Source: a virus (lineage: Duplodnaviria > Heunggongvirae > Uroviricota > Caudoviricetes). Taken from it: 45,485 bases of DNA. Position numbers and translations under genes: made by a program. Location: the IMG/VR virus record IMGVR_UViG_2869970738_000006, positions 1 to 45,485 of that record; one strand, given 5' to 3'. Shown piece by piece: positions 33,764 through 44,260 of the stretch (the stretch's first letter is position 1; each line of letters starts with the position of its first letter). The notes under the pieces are model-generated. The model had not been told where the DNA came from. It did no database searches and worked only from the letters and a program-made list of their open reading frames with translations.

Positions 33764-36371
33764 CGCCCGCTCCCCGATAACAGACCGCCATCACGCAACT
33801 GCAGCCGGAGCTCATCCTGCGCACCTTTACGGGCCATCTCATACACCGCTTTCATCAGCTGCGGCCCTGCCTGCCCGTTGGGGCCGTCGTTCTGAATCAC
33901 CACGTGATTGTTCTGATTAAAATTAATGCCTTCGGCCCGCCGCATCTGCGCCGGACTTCCGGCACCGCCGACATAACCACCTTCCGCATACCCGCGCATC
34001 AGACGATACAGGTTGCCGACACCAATCCGGCTGGTCGCCTCCTTCGTGAAGACAAACTCCCCGCGATGGACAATCCCCGCAGGCTCATATTTGCCGCCCG
34101 TCCCCGTAAATCCTCCGGTCGCGAAATGGAAGTTCGCCGCCGCAGCCTGAATGGCCGTCCCCGTGGAAGCGGATGCGCCACCACCGAAAGCACCACCAAT
34201 GGCGCTGCCGATACGCCCGACAATCCCCACCATCGCCTGCTTCAGAAAAATCTCTGTCAGCATGGAGAGCACGGAACGGGTGAAACCACGCCAGTTCTGT
34301 TCGCTGCCGGTCAGCATCGCCGCCATATTCTGTGCAATACCGTCAAAGGTCTGCGTGGCCACACTTTTTACCTGCGAAAAACTGTCCGTCGCACTTTCCG
34401 CCCACTCGCCCCAGCCGGACTTCATCCCGGCCATCCAGCTTCCACGAAGCTGCTCCTCCGCAGACCAGGTGTTCTTCAGTGCAGATGTGGCCTTCGCCAG
34501 CGCAGCCGGATTATCACCGTACACCTCACGAAGGCGCTGCTCTTCCGACTCCCGCTGCGCCTGACGGTCGGTGAGTCCGCGGGCTTTTGCGCTGATTGCC
34601 GCCTGCTTCGCGCTCTGCTGCTGTTCAAACCGCGCCGCCTGCTGTGCCAGCTCATTCAGCCGCTTCTGGTGTTCAATCTTGTCTCCCAGCTCAGCCAGCT
34701 GGCGTTTGTACTCCAGCGTCTCTTTCTCATGAGCCAGCAGGGATTTTTCCTGCCAGGATAACTGCCGTTTCGTGGCAGCCTCTTTCAGGACCGCATACTG
34801 ACTTTCCGCCTTCCATAAATCACGGCGCTGCCGGCTGATTTTCTCATTCGCACCGCTGTGTTTTTCCAGCGTCCTGAGCTCAGCTTCAAGGGCAAGCAGA
34901 GCCTCTCTTGCCTGCTCCTCTTCCCTCTCCCCGGCAGAGCGCGTTTTCGGTGATGTATGCTTTTTACCTGTCAGCTCTTCAGCCAGACGGCTGACGGCTT
35001 CCTGCTGCCCAAGACCTTTGCTGACGCCTGTTGCACGCGAGCGGTTGATGTACCCCATTTCCCCCTGGCGTATACGCGCATCCCGTTCCGCAATGGATTT
35101 TCTCAGCGCCAGTTCATCGCGTTTTGTTTTCTCAATAAATACGCGGTTCTCTTCTGCCAGTTCACCAAACAACGCACCAACGCCGGGCACATTCTTTGTC
35201 GTTTCCCAGGCTGACTGAATAAATTCAGCCAGCGCCAGATCCCCCTGCACAAGCAGCAGCTTCACCTGTTCAACGGTTCCGGCCACCACGTCAGTGATCA
35301 GACTGAGTGCCCCCAGTGTATGATCACCTATCCATGCCCATGCGTCAGAAGTCCAGGTTTTAACATCGTCCCAGATTTTTTCCACCGGCGTGGCCGCTTT
35401 ATCAAGTTGCTCCAGACGTGCATTCATGACATCCGCAAACAGGGACATCGCCTCCGTCACCGCAGCCTGTTTACCTTTCGTGCGCTCAAGCTCATCAATA
35501 TGGCGTAACTGGGAAACGCTCAGGAAGTTATACTGCTGATTCAGGGAGGCCAGCGCCTTCACCGGATCTGCTGCAATCCCTTCAAAGGCTTTTTCCACCT
35601 TCCCGGCATCGTCCCCCACCGTCTGCAGCCATCTCTGAGAGGTTTCCCCCATGATCCGTAGCTGCCCGGCGGTATATTTCCCGCTTTCTGCCAGACGGGC
35701 CAGATTTTCTGCCGCCTGTCTGATACCACCACCGGCTTCATCGCTGATCACCCCGGCCATTTTCCACAATTCTGCCGTTGTGGTGGCAGCCGCCCCTCCG
35801 GTCAGGATCAGTGAACGCAATAAGGCCCGGTCAGCCTGCTCTGCCTGCCAGGCGGCGACAGCAAGCGCGGCCAGTACGGCAACCCCGCCACCTGCCGCCA
35901 CACGGACCACCGACATAAATCGTCCCAGCTCACCGGCATTCCGGGCATTTTCAGCCAGTGCATTTGCCGTATCTGACAGCGACTCCTCTGATGATTCAGA
36001 GGCATCCCTGATCCCGAGAAGTTCCTCCTTCAGCAGGGTAAGCAGGCTGAGCGGTTCACCGAATGAATCGCTGATCTGCCCCCCTGCTGCAGCATGATAA
36101 GGAAGGGATTCTGACCACCGGCAAGCTGAGTGACAATATCCGTGAACTGTGCGGGCAGTGTGCGCATGGCAGCCTTATACTGTCCGACTGATATCCCGGC
36201 TTTTTGTGCAGCCAGCGCCTGTCGGCTCAGCCCCTGTTCAACAGTACTGGCGGTTTTTCTGGCATCCGCCTCCAGACTGGAAAAATGACGGCGTACCCGG
36301 GCCATCTGTTCATCAAACCGGGCCGCATCCAGACTCAAATCAATAACCAGATCACCCGCTGGCTGGGACAT
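33760..36371 (-). pseudogene. Tail tape measure protein (H-like), copy B: apparent 1-nt deletion in a C6 run at 36079-36084
   Basis: N-terminal ~95 aa in ORF 36030-36371; rest in 718-aa ORF; the adjacent frame reads ..LQQGGQISDSFGE.. continuously into the long ORF. Confidence 0.8.
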
Positions 36372-36765
36372 ATCTCACACCTCCGGAAATCCCCGCTGAA
36401 GCCATCATTAATGCAACATCATCCTCGCTGACATCCACCACATTCGCAGAAGGTGAAATATCGCGCCCTCCGTCCCCTCCGAACCGGACGCCTCCGGCAA
36501 CTCCTGTCGCTTTCTGCATCAGCATTTCTTCCTCGTCCGGCATCTCCGTCTGCTCTTCCTCACACGCTGGAGCAAGCAGACTGAAATCCGCCGGATGCAT
36601 ATCCGGATCGCCAAAAAACAGGCTGAGTACGGCGTACATCAGCCCGGAAAAATGAGCGTCCAGTTGGGTATCCTGAAAATAATGCGTGCAGTAAAAACGT
36701 CGCCAGTCGGCATATTCGGTGGATGTCATCCCGGCAAGCATGGCGCGCCAGTCGGGTCTCCCCAT
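36352..36765 (-). CDS. Tail assembly chaperone T-frame segment (copy B)
   Basis: 137-aa ORF homologous to copy A T; T frame closed by a stop at 36790-36792 upstream. Confidence 0.7.
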   Translation of the reverse strand: MGRPDWRAMLAGMTSTEYADWRRFYCTHYFQDTQLDAHFSGLMYAVLSLFFGDPDMHPADFSLLAPACEEEQTEMPDEEEMLMQKATGVAGGVRFGGDGGRDISPSANVVDVSEDDVALMMASAGISGGVRYVPASG

Positions 36766-37183
36766 CTCTCGCGCCAGTTTCAGGACAAGTTACCGGCTCA
36801 GTCGCTTCTGCTTTCCCGGTTTGTTCAGGATCGGCATCGTGCCGGTTATCCAGCATACCTGAAAGATAAAGCACCCGGTTCGTTGCCTGATTCAGTGCAT
36901 CAGCAGGCCATCCCAGCATCACTTCACGGCGGATCTGCTGCATCTCTGTCTCCGGAGAGGCCAGAGTGCCTTTGAGGGAATGGGTATGCCATAGCGACAT
37001 CGCCACAAGCAGGGATGCCGTTTCCAGATATCGCTGGTTAATGTGCACGACATCATGCTTCGTTGTCTCCTGTTGTTCTGCGTCTGAAACAAACTTTATA
37101 TAATCAAACCGCTGCAGCGCAGACAATTCGGAAAGCGTGACAGACACACCGTTATATTCAAATTGTTCTGTTTTCAGAAACAT
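36560..37183 (-). CDS. Tail assembly chaperone G (copy B) with aberrant 3' end: reads through ~75 extra codons, no in-register slippery site
   Basis: First ~130 aa G-like; middle and 3' part diverge from copy A; GGGAAAG at 36811-36817 is in GGG AAA register. Confidence 0.6.
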   Translation of the reverse strand: MFLKTEQFEYNGVSVTLSELSALQRFDYIKFVSDAEQQETTKHDVVHINQRYLETASLLVAMSLWHTHSLKGTLASPETEMQQIRREVMLGWPADALNQATNRVLYLSGMLDNRHDADPEQTGKAEATEPVTCPETGARDGETRLARHACRDDIHRICRLATFLLHALFSGYPTGRSFFRADVRRTQPVFWRSGYASGGFQSACSSV

Positions 37184-37196
37184 GTATTACCTCCGT

Positions 37197-37949
37197 TTAC
37201 CCTGCAGCGCCCGCTTCAGTAACGGTGACTTCAGCCACTGCGGCGAACTGACCATTTCCGCTCACCACAAGGATCTGCACCTTACCTGTCGCCACGCCGT
37301 TTACCGTAATTGTCATATCTTTCACACTAATGGTGGCTTTCGACGGATCGGCGGAAACCGCTCTGAACGTCTTGTCGGTTGCACTTTCCGGCTCAAAAGA
37401 AACCGTCAGGGTGGTTGTTTTCCCTTTTGCCACCGTACCGGATGTCGGCGTCACCTTAATCGCACTGACCGGCGTAATTTTGCTGCGTTCTTCCGCTACA
37501 GAAGGTTTACCCACGTTAGTGACTTTCACCGTGCGGGTGATCACTTCTTTCGCCGTCACGGCCTTACCGATACTGCTGACCCAGCCACGAAACACATCCA
37601 CCGTGCCATTCGGAAAACGGATTTTATAGGCCCGGACATCGCCGCTTTCAAACCAGCCTATAAGCCCTTTCTGGCCTTCCTCTCCCGGTTTCCAGGCCAG
37701 CGTAAAACTGGTATCACCTGCAGATTTCTGCCCCTGCCCGGTCGCGTTCCAGTCCGCGTCTTCATCATCCAGGTAGTTATCATCGTAGGATTCTGCCGTC
37801 ATCTCGCCCGGCGTCAGATCCTTCACCTTAGCCAGTCGCTGCCAGTCATCGTCTGACAACGGGTTTGCATAAGCATCACCCTTGCCGTTGTAAACCCACA
37901 GAGTGGTACCGGCACCTTTTACCGGCTCAAGGGGATTTGGTGTTGCCAT
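37197..37949 (-). CDS. Major tail protein V (copy B)
   Basis: Near-identical to copy A V. Confidence 0.9.
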   Translation of the reverse strand: MATPNPLEPVKGAGTTLWVYNGKGDAYANPLSDDDWQRLAKVKDLTPGEMTAESYDDNYLDDEDADWNATGQGQKSAGDTSFTLAWKPGEEGQKGLIGWFESGDVRAYKIRFPNGTVDVFRGWVSSIGKAVTAKEVITRTVKVTNVGKPSVAEERSKITPVSAIKVTPTSGTVAKGKTTTLTVSFEPESATDKTFRAVSADPSKATISVKDMTITVNGVATGKVQILVVSGNGQFAAVAEVTVTEAGAAG

Positions 37950-37956
37950 ATCGTCC

Positions 37957-38352
37957 TCACATCTCGTATGTAATGGAATAAGTCAGATCTGCAGAACTCC
38001 ATAACGCCATATCGTCATCACGACGATACTCATAGCCCTGCGTAACCATCGTGGTAATCAGTCCTGCCAGTGCCGGGATCGCAGTCATCGCCGGGTAAAT
38101 CCGGCTTTCCATCCACTGATCAAGCTCTGAATCCGGTACCTGTGCCGGTAAAAACACCTCAATATGCAGCGTGGCCCGCCAGGTATCTGCATCCAGCTCT
38201 TCACCGGTATACTCTGCATCCGTCAGATAAACCGCGATCGCAGGAAAATCCTCTTCGTCAAAAACAACGGGGCGACCATCAAACAGCGTCGCCCCGTGTT
38301 CATGCTGCTCGAGTGCATCCAGCACTGCGGCACGAATGTCAGTGTGTTTCAT
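37957..38352 (-). CDS. Tail terminator protein U (copy B)
   Basis: Identical protein to copy A U. Confidence 0.9.
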   Translation of the reverse strand: MKHTDIRAAVLDALEQHEHGATLFDGRPVVFDEEDFPAIAVYLTDAEYTGEELDADTWRATLHIEVFLPAQVPDSELDQWMESRIYPAMTAIPALAGLITTMVTQGYEYRRDDDMALWSSADLTYSITYEM

Positions 38353-38924
38353 CGTTTTATCGCAATCCTCAGTTGTTGTTTCAGCGCGTATGCCAGTTCT
38401 TTAGGCAGGCGTTCACGCCGGATACGGTCAACATTCTCATCAAATGCCTGTTTCAGTGGGGCCGCCATCGGGATTTTCACCACCTGAATGGGAAGGCGAT
38501 TACGCTTTTTCCTTCCCTTGTCGTCATTGCCCTCCTCATATCTGGCCTGGGGAAGACGTTGCATAACATGCCAGCGCCCATTATTTAATCGCTGGATAAA
38601 TGCCCGCTGATAACGATGCTGACCGGCTTTAAGTATGCTGTTCGGACGACGTCCCAGCATTCTGATCCCCAACTTAATCACAGGGAGATCACCGCGGTTA
38701 ACGATAATTCTGGCATTCGGATTTCTGACCGTCGCCCGTTTCAGTCTGGACCGTTCCTTTACCAGTTTCCGTCTCACCCTGGTTTCCCGGGCAACCTGTG
38801 ACGAAGACTGATTAATCGCCGTTGTGGCCACGCGGTTAATCGTCATTGCTGAAGCCGCCGGAATGGCGTTTTTACGAACCCGGCTCAGATTATCAATCGC
38901 CTGATCAAGCCCTTTTATCGCCAT
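38349..38924 (-). CDS. Tail completion protein Z (copy B), 14-aa insertion relative to copy A
   Basis: 191 aa versus 177 aa; extra segment LPQARYEEGNDDKGRKKRNR. Confidence 0.85.
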   Translation of the reverse strand: MAIKGLDQAIDNLSRVRKNAIPAASAMTINRVATTAINQSSSQVARETRVRRKLVKERSRLKRATVRNPNARIIVNRGDLPVIKLGIRMLGRRPNSILKAGQHRYQRAFIQRLNNGRWHVMQRLPQARYEEGNDDKGRKKRNRLPIQVVKIPMAAPLKQAFDENVDRIRRERLPKELAYALKQQLRIAIKR

Positions 38925-38939
38925 AATTTCACCCTGCGT

Positions 38940-39293
38940 TTATCGTCGCCGGTTAACAGCGGGTGGTTGCCCACGGTTGAGCCAGAGATAACAGCTTCCC
39001 CCGTCATCCGGAGAAATACGATCCACCCAGAACATCTCGCCGTTAATGGTCAGCGTGTCACCACGCCGCACGGCACGCACCGTATCCGTCCGCACAAATA
39101 ATGACGGGCTGCTTCCTTCAATACGGACCCCGCCACCGGCAAAACCCAGCGACTCCGGATCGTCAAAAACCCCCTGAACTTCGCTTCCACGCTGTGCTCC
39201 CGAGGTGAACTGCGCACAGAGCCCCATCACTTCAACAATCGTGCTGTCCACCCCGGCAAGGGCAGCATCAAAGGCATTCTGAAAATCACGCAT
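38940..39293 (-). CDS. Head-tail joining protein FII (copy B)
   Basis: Near-identical to copy A. Confidence 0.85.
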   Translation of the reverse strand: MRDFQNAFDAALAGVDSTIVEVMGLCAQFTSGAQRGSEVQGVFDDPESLGFAGGGVRIEGSSPSLFVRTDTVRAVRRGDTLTINGEMFWVDRISPDDGGSCYLWLNRGQPPAVNRRR

Positions 39294-39669
39294 GCTCAGC
39301 CGTTCCGTGCTGTATCATGGCTGTCGCCAGTGGTGATGGCACCATAACACGCATGCCCCGGTACGTCAGTTCAACGGGACGGCCTGTCTCCGGGCAATAC
39401 CCCATCACATGCAGGCATTTCCGCACACGGACCGCTTTAACATCATCCGTAGCATCCGTGTTGTTCAACTGCTCACCATCGTCTGTGTGATTTTGATCAG
39501 CCCCGCTCTCATCAGAGTGCATAATGCCCTCCGGGGAAACAGCAAGCTCCTCTTCCCACTCAGACACACGTTGAGCAATATCCGCAGCACTCCCCGACAT
39601 ATCCGCCTCGCGCCCCGGCAGGCCAGCCAGTTGACGAAGACGATTCAGATTTTCTTCTTTTGTTGCCAT
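39286..39669 (-). CDS. DNA packaging protein FI (copy B)
   Basis: Near-identical to copy A; start at MATKEENL. Confidence 0.75.
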   Translation of the reverse strand: MATKEENLNRLRQLAGLPGREADMSGSAADIAQRVSEWEEELAVSPEGIMHSDESGADQNHTDDGEQLNNTDATDDVKAVRVRKCLHVMGYCPETGRPVELTYRGMRVMVPSPLATAMIQHGTAEHA

Positions 39670-39720
39670 CTCAGCCTCCTGTGAAAAAAGACACGGGGGC
39701 ATTTCGCCCCCGCTCACGGA

Positions 39721-40749
39721 TTATTTCACCTGTACCACCACAAACTCATCCGGATCCGGCAGCACCATCAGCGGTGCGGACTGCGTCATGGTGAATTCAC
39801 GGGCCGGATCGCCCACAGTCAGCCAGTGTTTCGGATAACGGGAAGAGGCCACCACACCTTCGGACAACGCCTGCGCATCCTGAATGGCACCATAGCAACG
39901 AATGCCCTCTGCTGCCGTATTCCCCAGGACCAGTGTGCCCTCCGGCAGATAACGTTTTTCGGTACCGTCCTCTGCCACATAAGACGTTTTCGCCACCACA
40001 ATGGCCAGATCGCCGTAATACCCCTTGAAGGACACCACCGCCCCCAGGTCTTTCACTGCCGTTTCGAGTTGTGAATTTGAGCCGCGACGGGTATCCAGTT
40101 TTTCGCGGAACAGCTTAAAGCCATTCAGCAGACGCCAGACCGTACCGTCCATAATGGCGATATTCACAAGGCCGCTGGCCTGATCGCAGTAGAGGTCAAT
40201 ATCATGCGTCGGATCAAACGTATCACGGTCCTGCTCAGACCATTTTTTACCGTCAGCCTGCTCAATGTTATTTCCTTCAGAGCGCCCGAAATCCACCTCG
40301 ACAGTATCAAACTGATCCCCTTCCATGGTGTATTTGCCATACAGCACGGCATTCACCGCCTGCATTTCTTCCACCTGGACAATGGCGTGCTCTTCCTGTT
40401 TGAGGTTATCGGTAATGATACGCAGACGACGGTAGGCCGGGTCGTTCAGCTGAGCCGGATCTTCACCAGGAAGGCGCTCAACCGCCTGCTGGTAATTAAA
40501 TTCGTGTTTGGGCTTGACGTAGCCCGGACGTAACACGCGGGTTTCACCACCGCGATGGCGAAGCACTTTTCCTTCAACGATCGGGGAGACATAGGCCGCC
40601 ACCGGCGTTTTTCCGGTAATTTTGTCCAGCATCACCTCTTCGGTGTGGAAATTCACCGTACGGCGGAAAAACAGCTCCAGAAACAGCGCACGGAATTTCA
40701 CTTTTTGTTCGGTATAACCGAGTAACTGGCGGGTCGTAAACAATCCCAT
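39721..40749 (-). CDS. Major capsid protein E (copy B)
   Basis: 342 aa, a few substitutions versus copy A. Confidence 0.95.
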   Translation of the reverse strand: MGLFTTRQLLGYTEQKVKFRALFLELFFRRTVNFHTEEVMLDKITGKTPVAAYVSPIVEGKVLRHRGGETRVLRPGYVKPKHEFNYQQAVERLPGEDPAQLNDPAYRRLRIITDNLKQEEHAIVQVEEMQAVNAVLYGKYTMEGDQFDTVEVDFGRSEGNNIEQADGKKWSEQDRDTFDPTHDIDLYCDQASGLVNIAIMDGTVWRLLNGFKLFREKLDTRRGSNSQLETAVKDLGAVVSFKGYYGDLAIVVAKTSYVAEDGTEKRYLPEGTLVLGNTAAEGIRCYGAIQDAQALSEGVVASSRYPKHWLTVGDPAREFTMTQSAPLMVLPDPDEFVVVQVK

Positions 40750-40806
40750 AAATCAGTTCCTTTCATTAAGAAATCAGTCAGGCCAACGCGGTGGCCTGAT
40801 AACGTG

Positions 40807-41154
40807 TTACGGCAGCGCCGCGTGACTCAGGGCTGTGCCGGCAAAGGCATTTGCCTTTTTGTGTTCATCCCCACTGTCAGGCCAGCGGATTGCCTCCGTC
40901 GCAAAGGTCCCCGACTTGTAATAGGTCAGCACCGTCTCTGTGCCTTCAAGCGGCAGTACCAGTATGCCAACCGCACTACCGGCTTTCTGTCCATCCCAGA
41001 CCACCAGTTTCCCGGTGGCTTCATCCAGCATCAGGGGCGTCAGAGCCGGTGTTGCCGAGGAAATCCCGCTGCTGCCTGTGGCGGTGTGAGCCGGATCATT
41101 ACCGGCAAAAATACGTACTTCCGCACGCTGTTCAGTGATGGTTTTCGTCACCAT
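40807..41154 (-). CDS. Head decoration protein D (copy B)
   Basis: 115 aa, near-identical to copy A. Confidence 0.9.
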   Translation of the reverse strand: MVTKTITEQRAEVRIFAGNDPAHTATGSSGISSATPALTPLMLDEATGKLVVWDGQKAGSAVGILVLPLEGTETVLTYYKSGTFATEAIRWPDSGDEHKKANAFAGTALSHAALP

Positions 41155-41190
41155 TTTGTTAAAACCTCATATTGATGGTCAGCACTGACT

Positions 41191-42696
41191 TCATGGCATG
41201 GCCATGAGCATTTTCACGTCCGCATCACCGTCTGCTGACGTCTGTGACACGCCACCCCGCACCGCTGCCGGTGAATGATTCGCCATGAAATGTTCAAACA
41301 GGGCGGTTGTGGATGCAGAGACCGGTTCGGCCTTACCTGATCCCGCAGCCAGCACAGCCCGGGCGTTCTCCACGGTCATTCCCGGGCAGGCCGCCAGTTT
41401 TTCAGCCTGCGCTTCTGCCCCTTTTGCCTCATCCAGGGCCATGATCTGATCACGAAGTGAGGGCCCGGCATCCGCCAGTGGTGCAGCCGCCAGGATCGGG
41501 CGGGCTTTTTCCACCGTCATCTCCGGCATCGCCGCCAGCGTTGCCGCCAGTTGTTCACGACCGTTCGCTTCTTCACACGCCATAATGCGATCGGCTTCAC
41601 TCTGCGCGGATGCCACCGGCTGCTGCGGTGCCGCCGCGGCCAGAATCGCCCGGGCCTGTTCAACGCTCATGCCCTGTTGCCCTGCCAGCATCGTGGCAAG
41701 CTGTTCACGTCCTTTCGCTTCCTGGCATGTCAGGATCCCCATCACTCGCTGGTTCTCCTGCACGGCGGCTTCCGTTGCAGTTAATTGCGGCATAGTGCCT
41801 CCTCTGACATTACTGTTCAGCGCCGTGGCCATCACACTGATGGCATCCGACGCATTGATTAATTCATCCGCCAGCCCGGCCTCAATGCCGGACTGACCTT
41901 CAAAAACAGCGGCCTCTGTTCCCGTGACTGCATCAACAGACAGACCGGTAAACATCGCCACTTTTTCGGCAAACATCCGGCGCGCCGCATCAATCCGCTG
42001 CTGCATGTCCTGGCGAACCTCTGCCGGCAACGCTTCAAACTGATTGCCATCCACCTTGTGCGCCCCTGAGTAAATCAGCGTGATATCCACACCGGCCTGC
42101 GCCAGATGACCGGCATAGCTGACATGGCTCATCATCACGCCAATGGAACCGATACGGGATGTCTGGGTAACCAGCCGTCGGGAGCAGGCCGACGCCAGCA
42201 GCATGGCCGCAGAACAGGCCGTGTCATTACACAGTGCCCAGACCGGCTTCTGCTGCCGGAGGCGGTAAATCATGTCAGCGCAGTCAAACACGCCGGCTGC
42301 CTGCCCGCCCGGACTGTCAATGTCCAGCAGTATGCCCCGCACCTGGCTATCTGCCATTGCCTGCTGAAGACAGGTGACAATGCCGTCATAGCCAGTCATT
42401 CCGGAAAATGGCCGCATCCCCCCCAGCCGGTGCACCAGCGTGCCGGTCACCGGCAGTACCGCAATACCGTTCACCACCCGGTAAACACGGGCCGGTCGTT
42501 TACCTCCGGCCATGTACTCGTCCGTTTCAGCCAGCATCCCGGGAGCATCAAGCTGTACCTGCTGTTGCGGTACCGAAAGACTTGCTGCCCCCATCTCGCG
42601 CCCCAGCGCGCAAAAGAAAACCCGCGCATAGGCGGGCTCCAGAAGCAGCGGTTCATTGAATGCTGCTGCAATAATGTGTGAAAGATTACGTCTCAC
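41191..42696 (-). CDS. Head maturation protease/scaffold C/Nu3-like (copy B)
   Basis: 501 aa, near-identical to copy A. Confidence 0.9.
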   Translation of the reverse strand: MRRNLSHIIAAAFNEPLLLEPAYARVFFCALGREMGAASLSVPQQQVQLDAPGMLAETDEYMAGGKRPARVYRVVNGIAVLPVTGTLVHRLGGMRPFSGMTGYDGIVTCLQQAMADSQVRGILLDIDSPGGQAAGVFDCADMIYRLRQQKPVWALCNDTACSAAMLLASACSRRLVTQTSRIGSIGVMMSHVSYAGHLAQAGVDITLIYSGAHKVDGNQFEALPAEVRQDMQQRIDAARRMFAEKVAMFTGLSVDAVTGTEAAVFEGQSGIEAGLADELINASDAISVMATALNSNVRGGTMPQLTATEAAVQENQRVMGILTCQEAKGREQLATMLAGQQGMSVEQARAILAAAAPQQPVASAQSEADRIMACEEANGREQLAATLAAMPEMTVEKARPILAAAPLADAGPSLRDQIMALDEAKGAEAQAEKLAACPGMTVENARAVLAAGSGKAEPVSASTTALFEHFMANHSPAAVRGGVSQTSADGDADVKMLMAMP

Positions 42697-43465
42697 GTGG
42701 TGTTGTCTCCTCTTCCGGCCTGCGACTCTCCGCTATCTGCTGCTGATACGCCTGCGCTATCCACACCGGACGTGAGAGTCCGGCTTTTTCCCGCTCTGCA
42801 GATTCCCTGACCTGTTGGCAGAAAATGTCCTGATAATCCTCGCCCATCAGCGCCAGCTCTTTCTCATACGTGCTCAGTCCGGCCTCAATGCGCATCACTG
42901 ATTCCTGAACCTCCTTGAGCCCGTCAATGGCCATTCTTCCGGCTCCAATCCACTCAGCCCGTGACCAGGCTGATCGCGCCTGATAAAAATCAAACCGTGC
43001 CCGTGGCGGACGAATAATCCCCGAAGAAGTGCCTCTTCCAGCCAGCAGGAAAACATCTGCGTGGCCAGCCGGGACGCAATAAATTTTCGCCGCCCCATAA
43101 AATAGCGCCACGACTCATTGGCGGATGCGCGGGCACTTGAGTAACTGACCTTCGAGTAATCACGGGACAACTGTTCGTAGGAAACGCCAAGACCGGCGGC
43201 GATATACCGCAGCAGCGCCTGTTCAAGCGCCGAAAATCCATTGTCTGAATCCTGCGCGGTCTGAAGTTTCAGATCATCACCGGGGAAAAGGTGCGGAATT
43301 TTGACACCGCCCAGCATCACGCTATTCGTGTCATACCAGGTGGAGAACTTATCCAGAATATTAATAAGCGGATTATCCTTCTGCCCCTGCGGCGCACCGG
43401 CGATATATTCAAAGGCCTTTTCGGTATCAAGGTCACTTTCAATCGTCGCTGCATACATCGCCTTT
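42686..43465 (-). pseudogene. Portal protein B (copy B): 5' ~270 codons missing (homology to copy A ends about 43465) and same C4-run frameshift at 43019-43022
   Basis: ORFs 42895-43458 and 42686-43111 match the copy A portal C-terminal half; upstream sequence unrelated. Confidence 0.8.
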
Positions 43466-43593
43466 ATGAAAAGACAGGAAAAAATAAAATTTAAAAACAG
43501 TACATTACGAATGCTCAGACCTATCGTTTAAAGGAGTCGCAATACACACTGCAATACACGATTATTTATAAGATGAGCGGCATCCGTCATAAA

Positions 43594-43819
43594 GCTGGTG
43601 GATGCTTTTTCTATGCATATATGCACAGTTTTAGTGGGCGTTAATGTCGATATAGGGATCCCCATATCGAGATTGGATACCAGGCTTTTTTAATCAGGCT
43701 GGTGGGCTTTACCTGTTTTGTATGAGTGGTCATCATGACCATGTCATAACAAAAACCCCATATTCGTGGTTTTTCTGTGTCGGGCTATTCTGTCGTTGCT
43801 GTGCTGATTTGGCTGGTGG
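43594..43819 (+). other. Three co-oriented Chi sites (GCTGGTGG) within ~230 bp
   Basis: Exact octamers at 43594-43601, 43698-43705 and 43812-43819; the latter two inside a repeated ggctggtgggct 12-mer. Confidence 0.6.
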
Positions 43820-43888
43820 GCTGAATCATCATTACGGCGATGCAGCTATGTAGACGTTCCGGCCTCCTCAAATTGAGGATTGTGGAAG

Positions 43889-44060
43889 AATCAATGGGTT
43901 AGTCTTACTTTCCCGACATCCCCCAATGGGGGGTTTCGAAACAATCAATAGCTTAGGCTTACTTCCCAGATTTCCTGCATTGCAGGTTTTCGAAATAATC
44001 AATGGGTTAGGCCATCGTGCAATTTTGCACTTTGCCAGCCAGCGCAATGTCGCGTTATCA
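43889..44060 (+). repeat. Three tandem ~54-bp imperfect repeat units, each an AATCAATgGgTTAG box plus a GC-rich hairpin
   Basis: Units start about 43889, 43943 and 43997; hairpins cccccaatggggg, cctgcattgcagg, gtgcaattttgcac; a related gccagccagcgcaat..gcgttatc element recurs at 44033 and 44221. Confidence 0.6.
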
Positions 44061-44260
44061 GTCCTCAGATGTGAGGGATGTAGCCAGCTTTTCCCCCAGT
44101 GGGGGATATCCAGCACCGACGGCTTAACTGTGCGTGCCAGCACAAGGTAGCCTTGAACTACTTACTGCATCCCATCTTACAGGCCGTGCCTTCCTGCTTA
44201 ACTTTTTGCAATGCAACAAGTCAGCCAGCGCAATTTTGCGTTATCGGGAATATCAGCAAG

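Noticed and set aside
43466-43531. 22-codon ORF MKRQEKIKFKNSTLRMLRPIV just after the portal truncation point, considered as a small toxin-like peptide
   Set aside because: No ribosome-binding site, and composition is simply AT-rich sequence; insufficient evidence.
43889-44060. Tandem repeats considered as a CRISPR array
   Set aside because: Units are imperfect, of unequal length and lack a repeat-spacer structure; no cas genes nearby.
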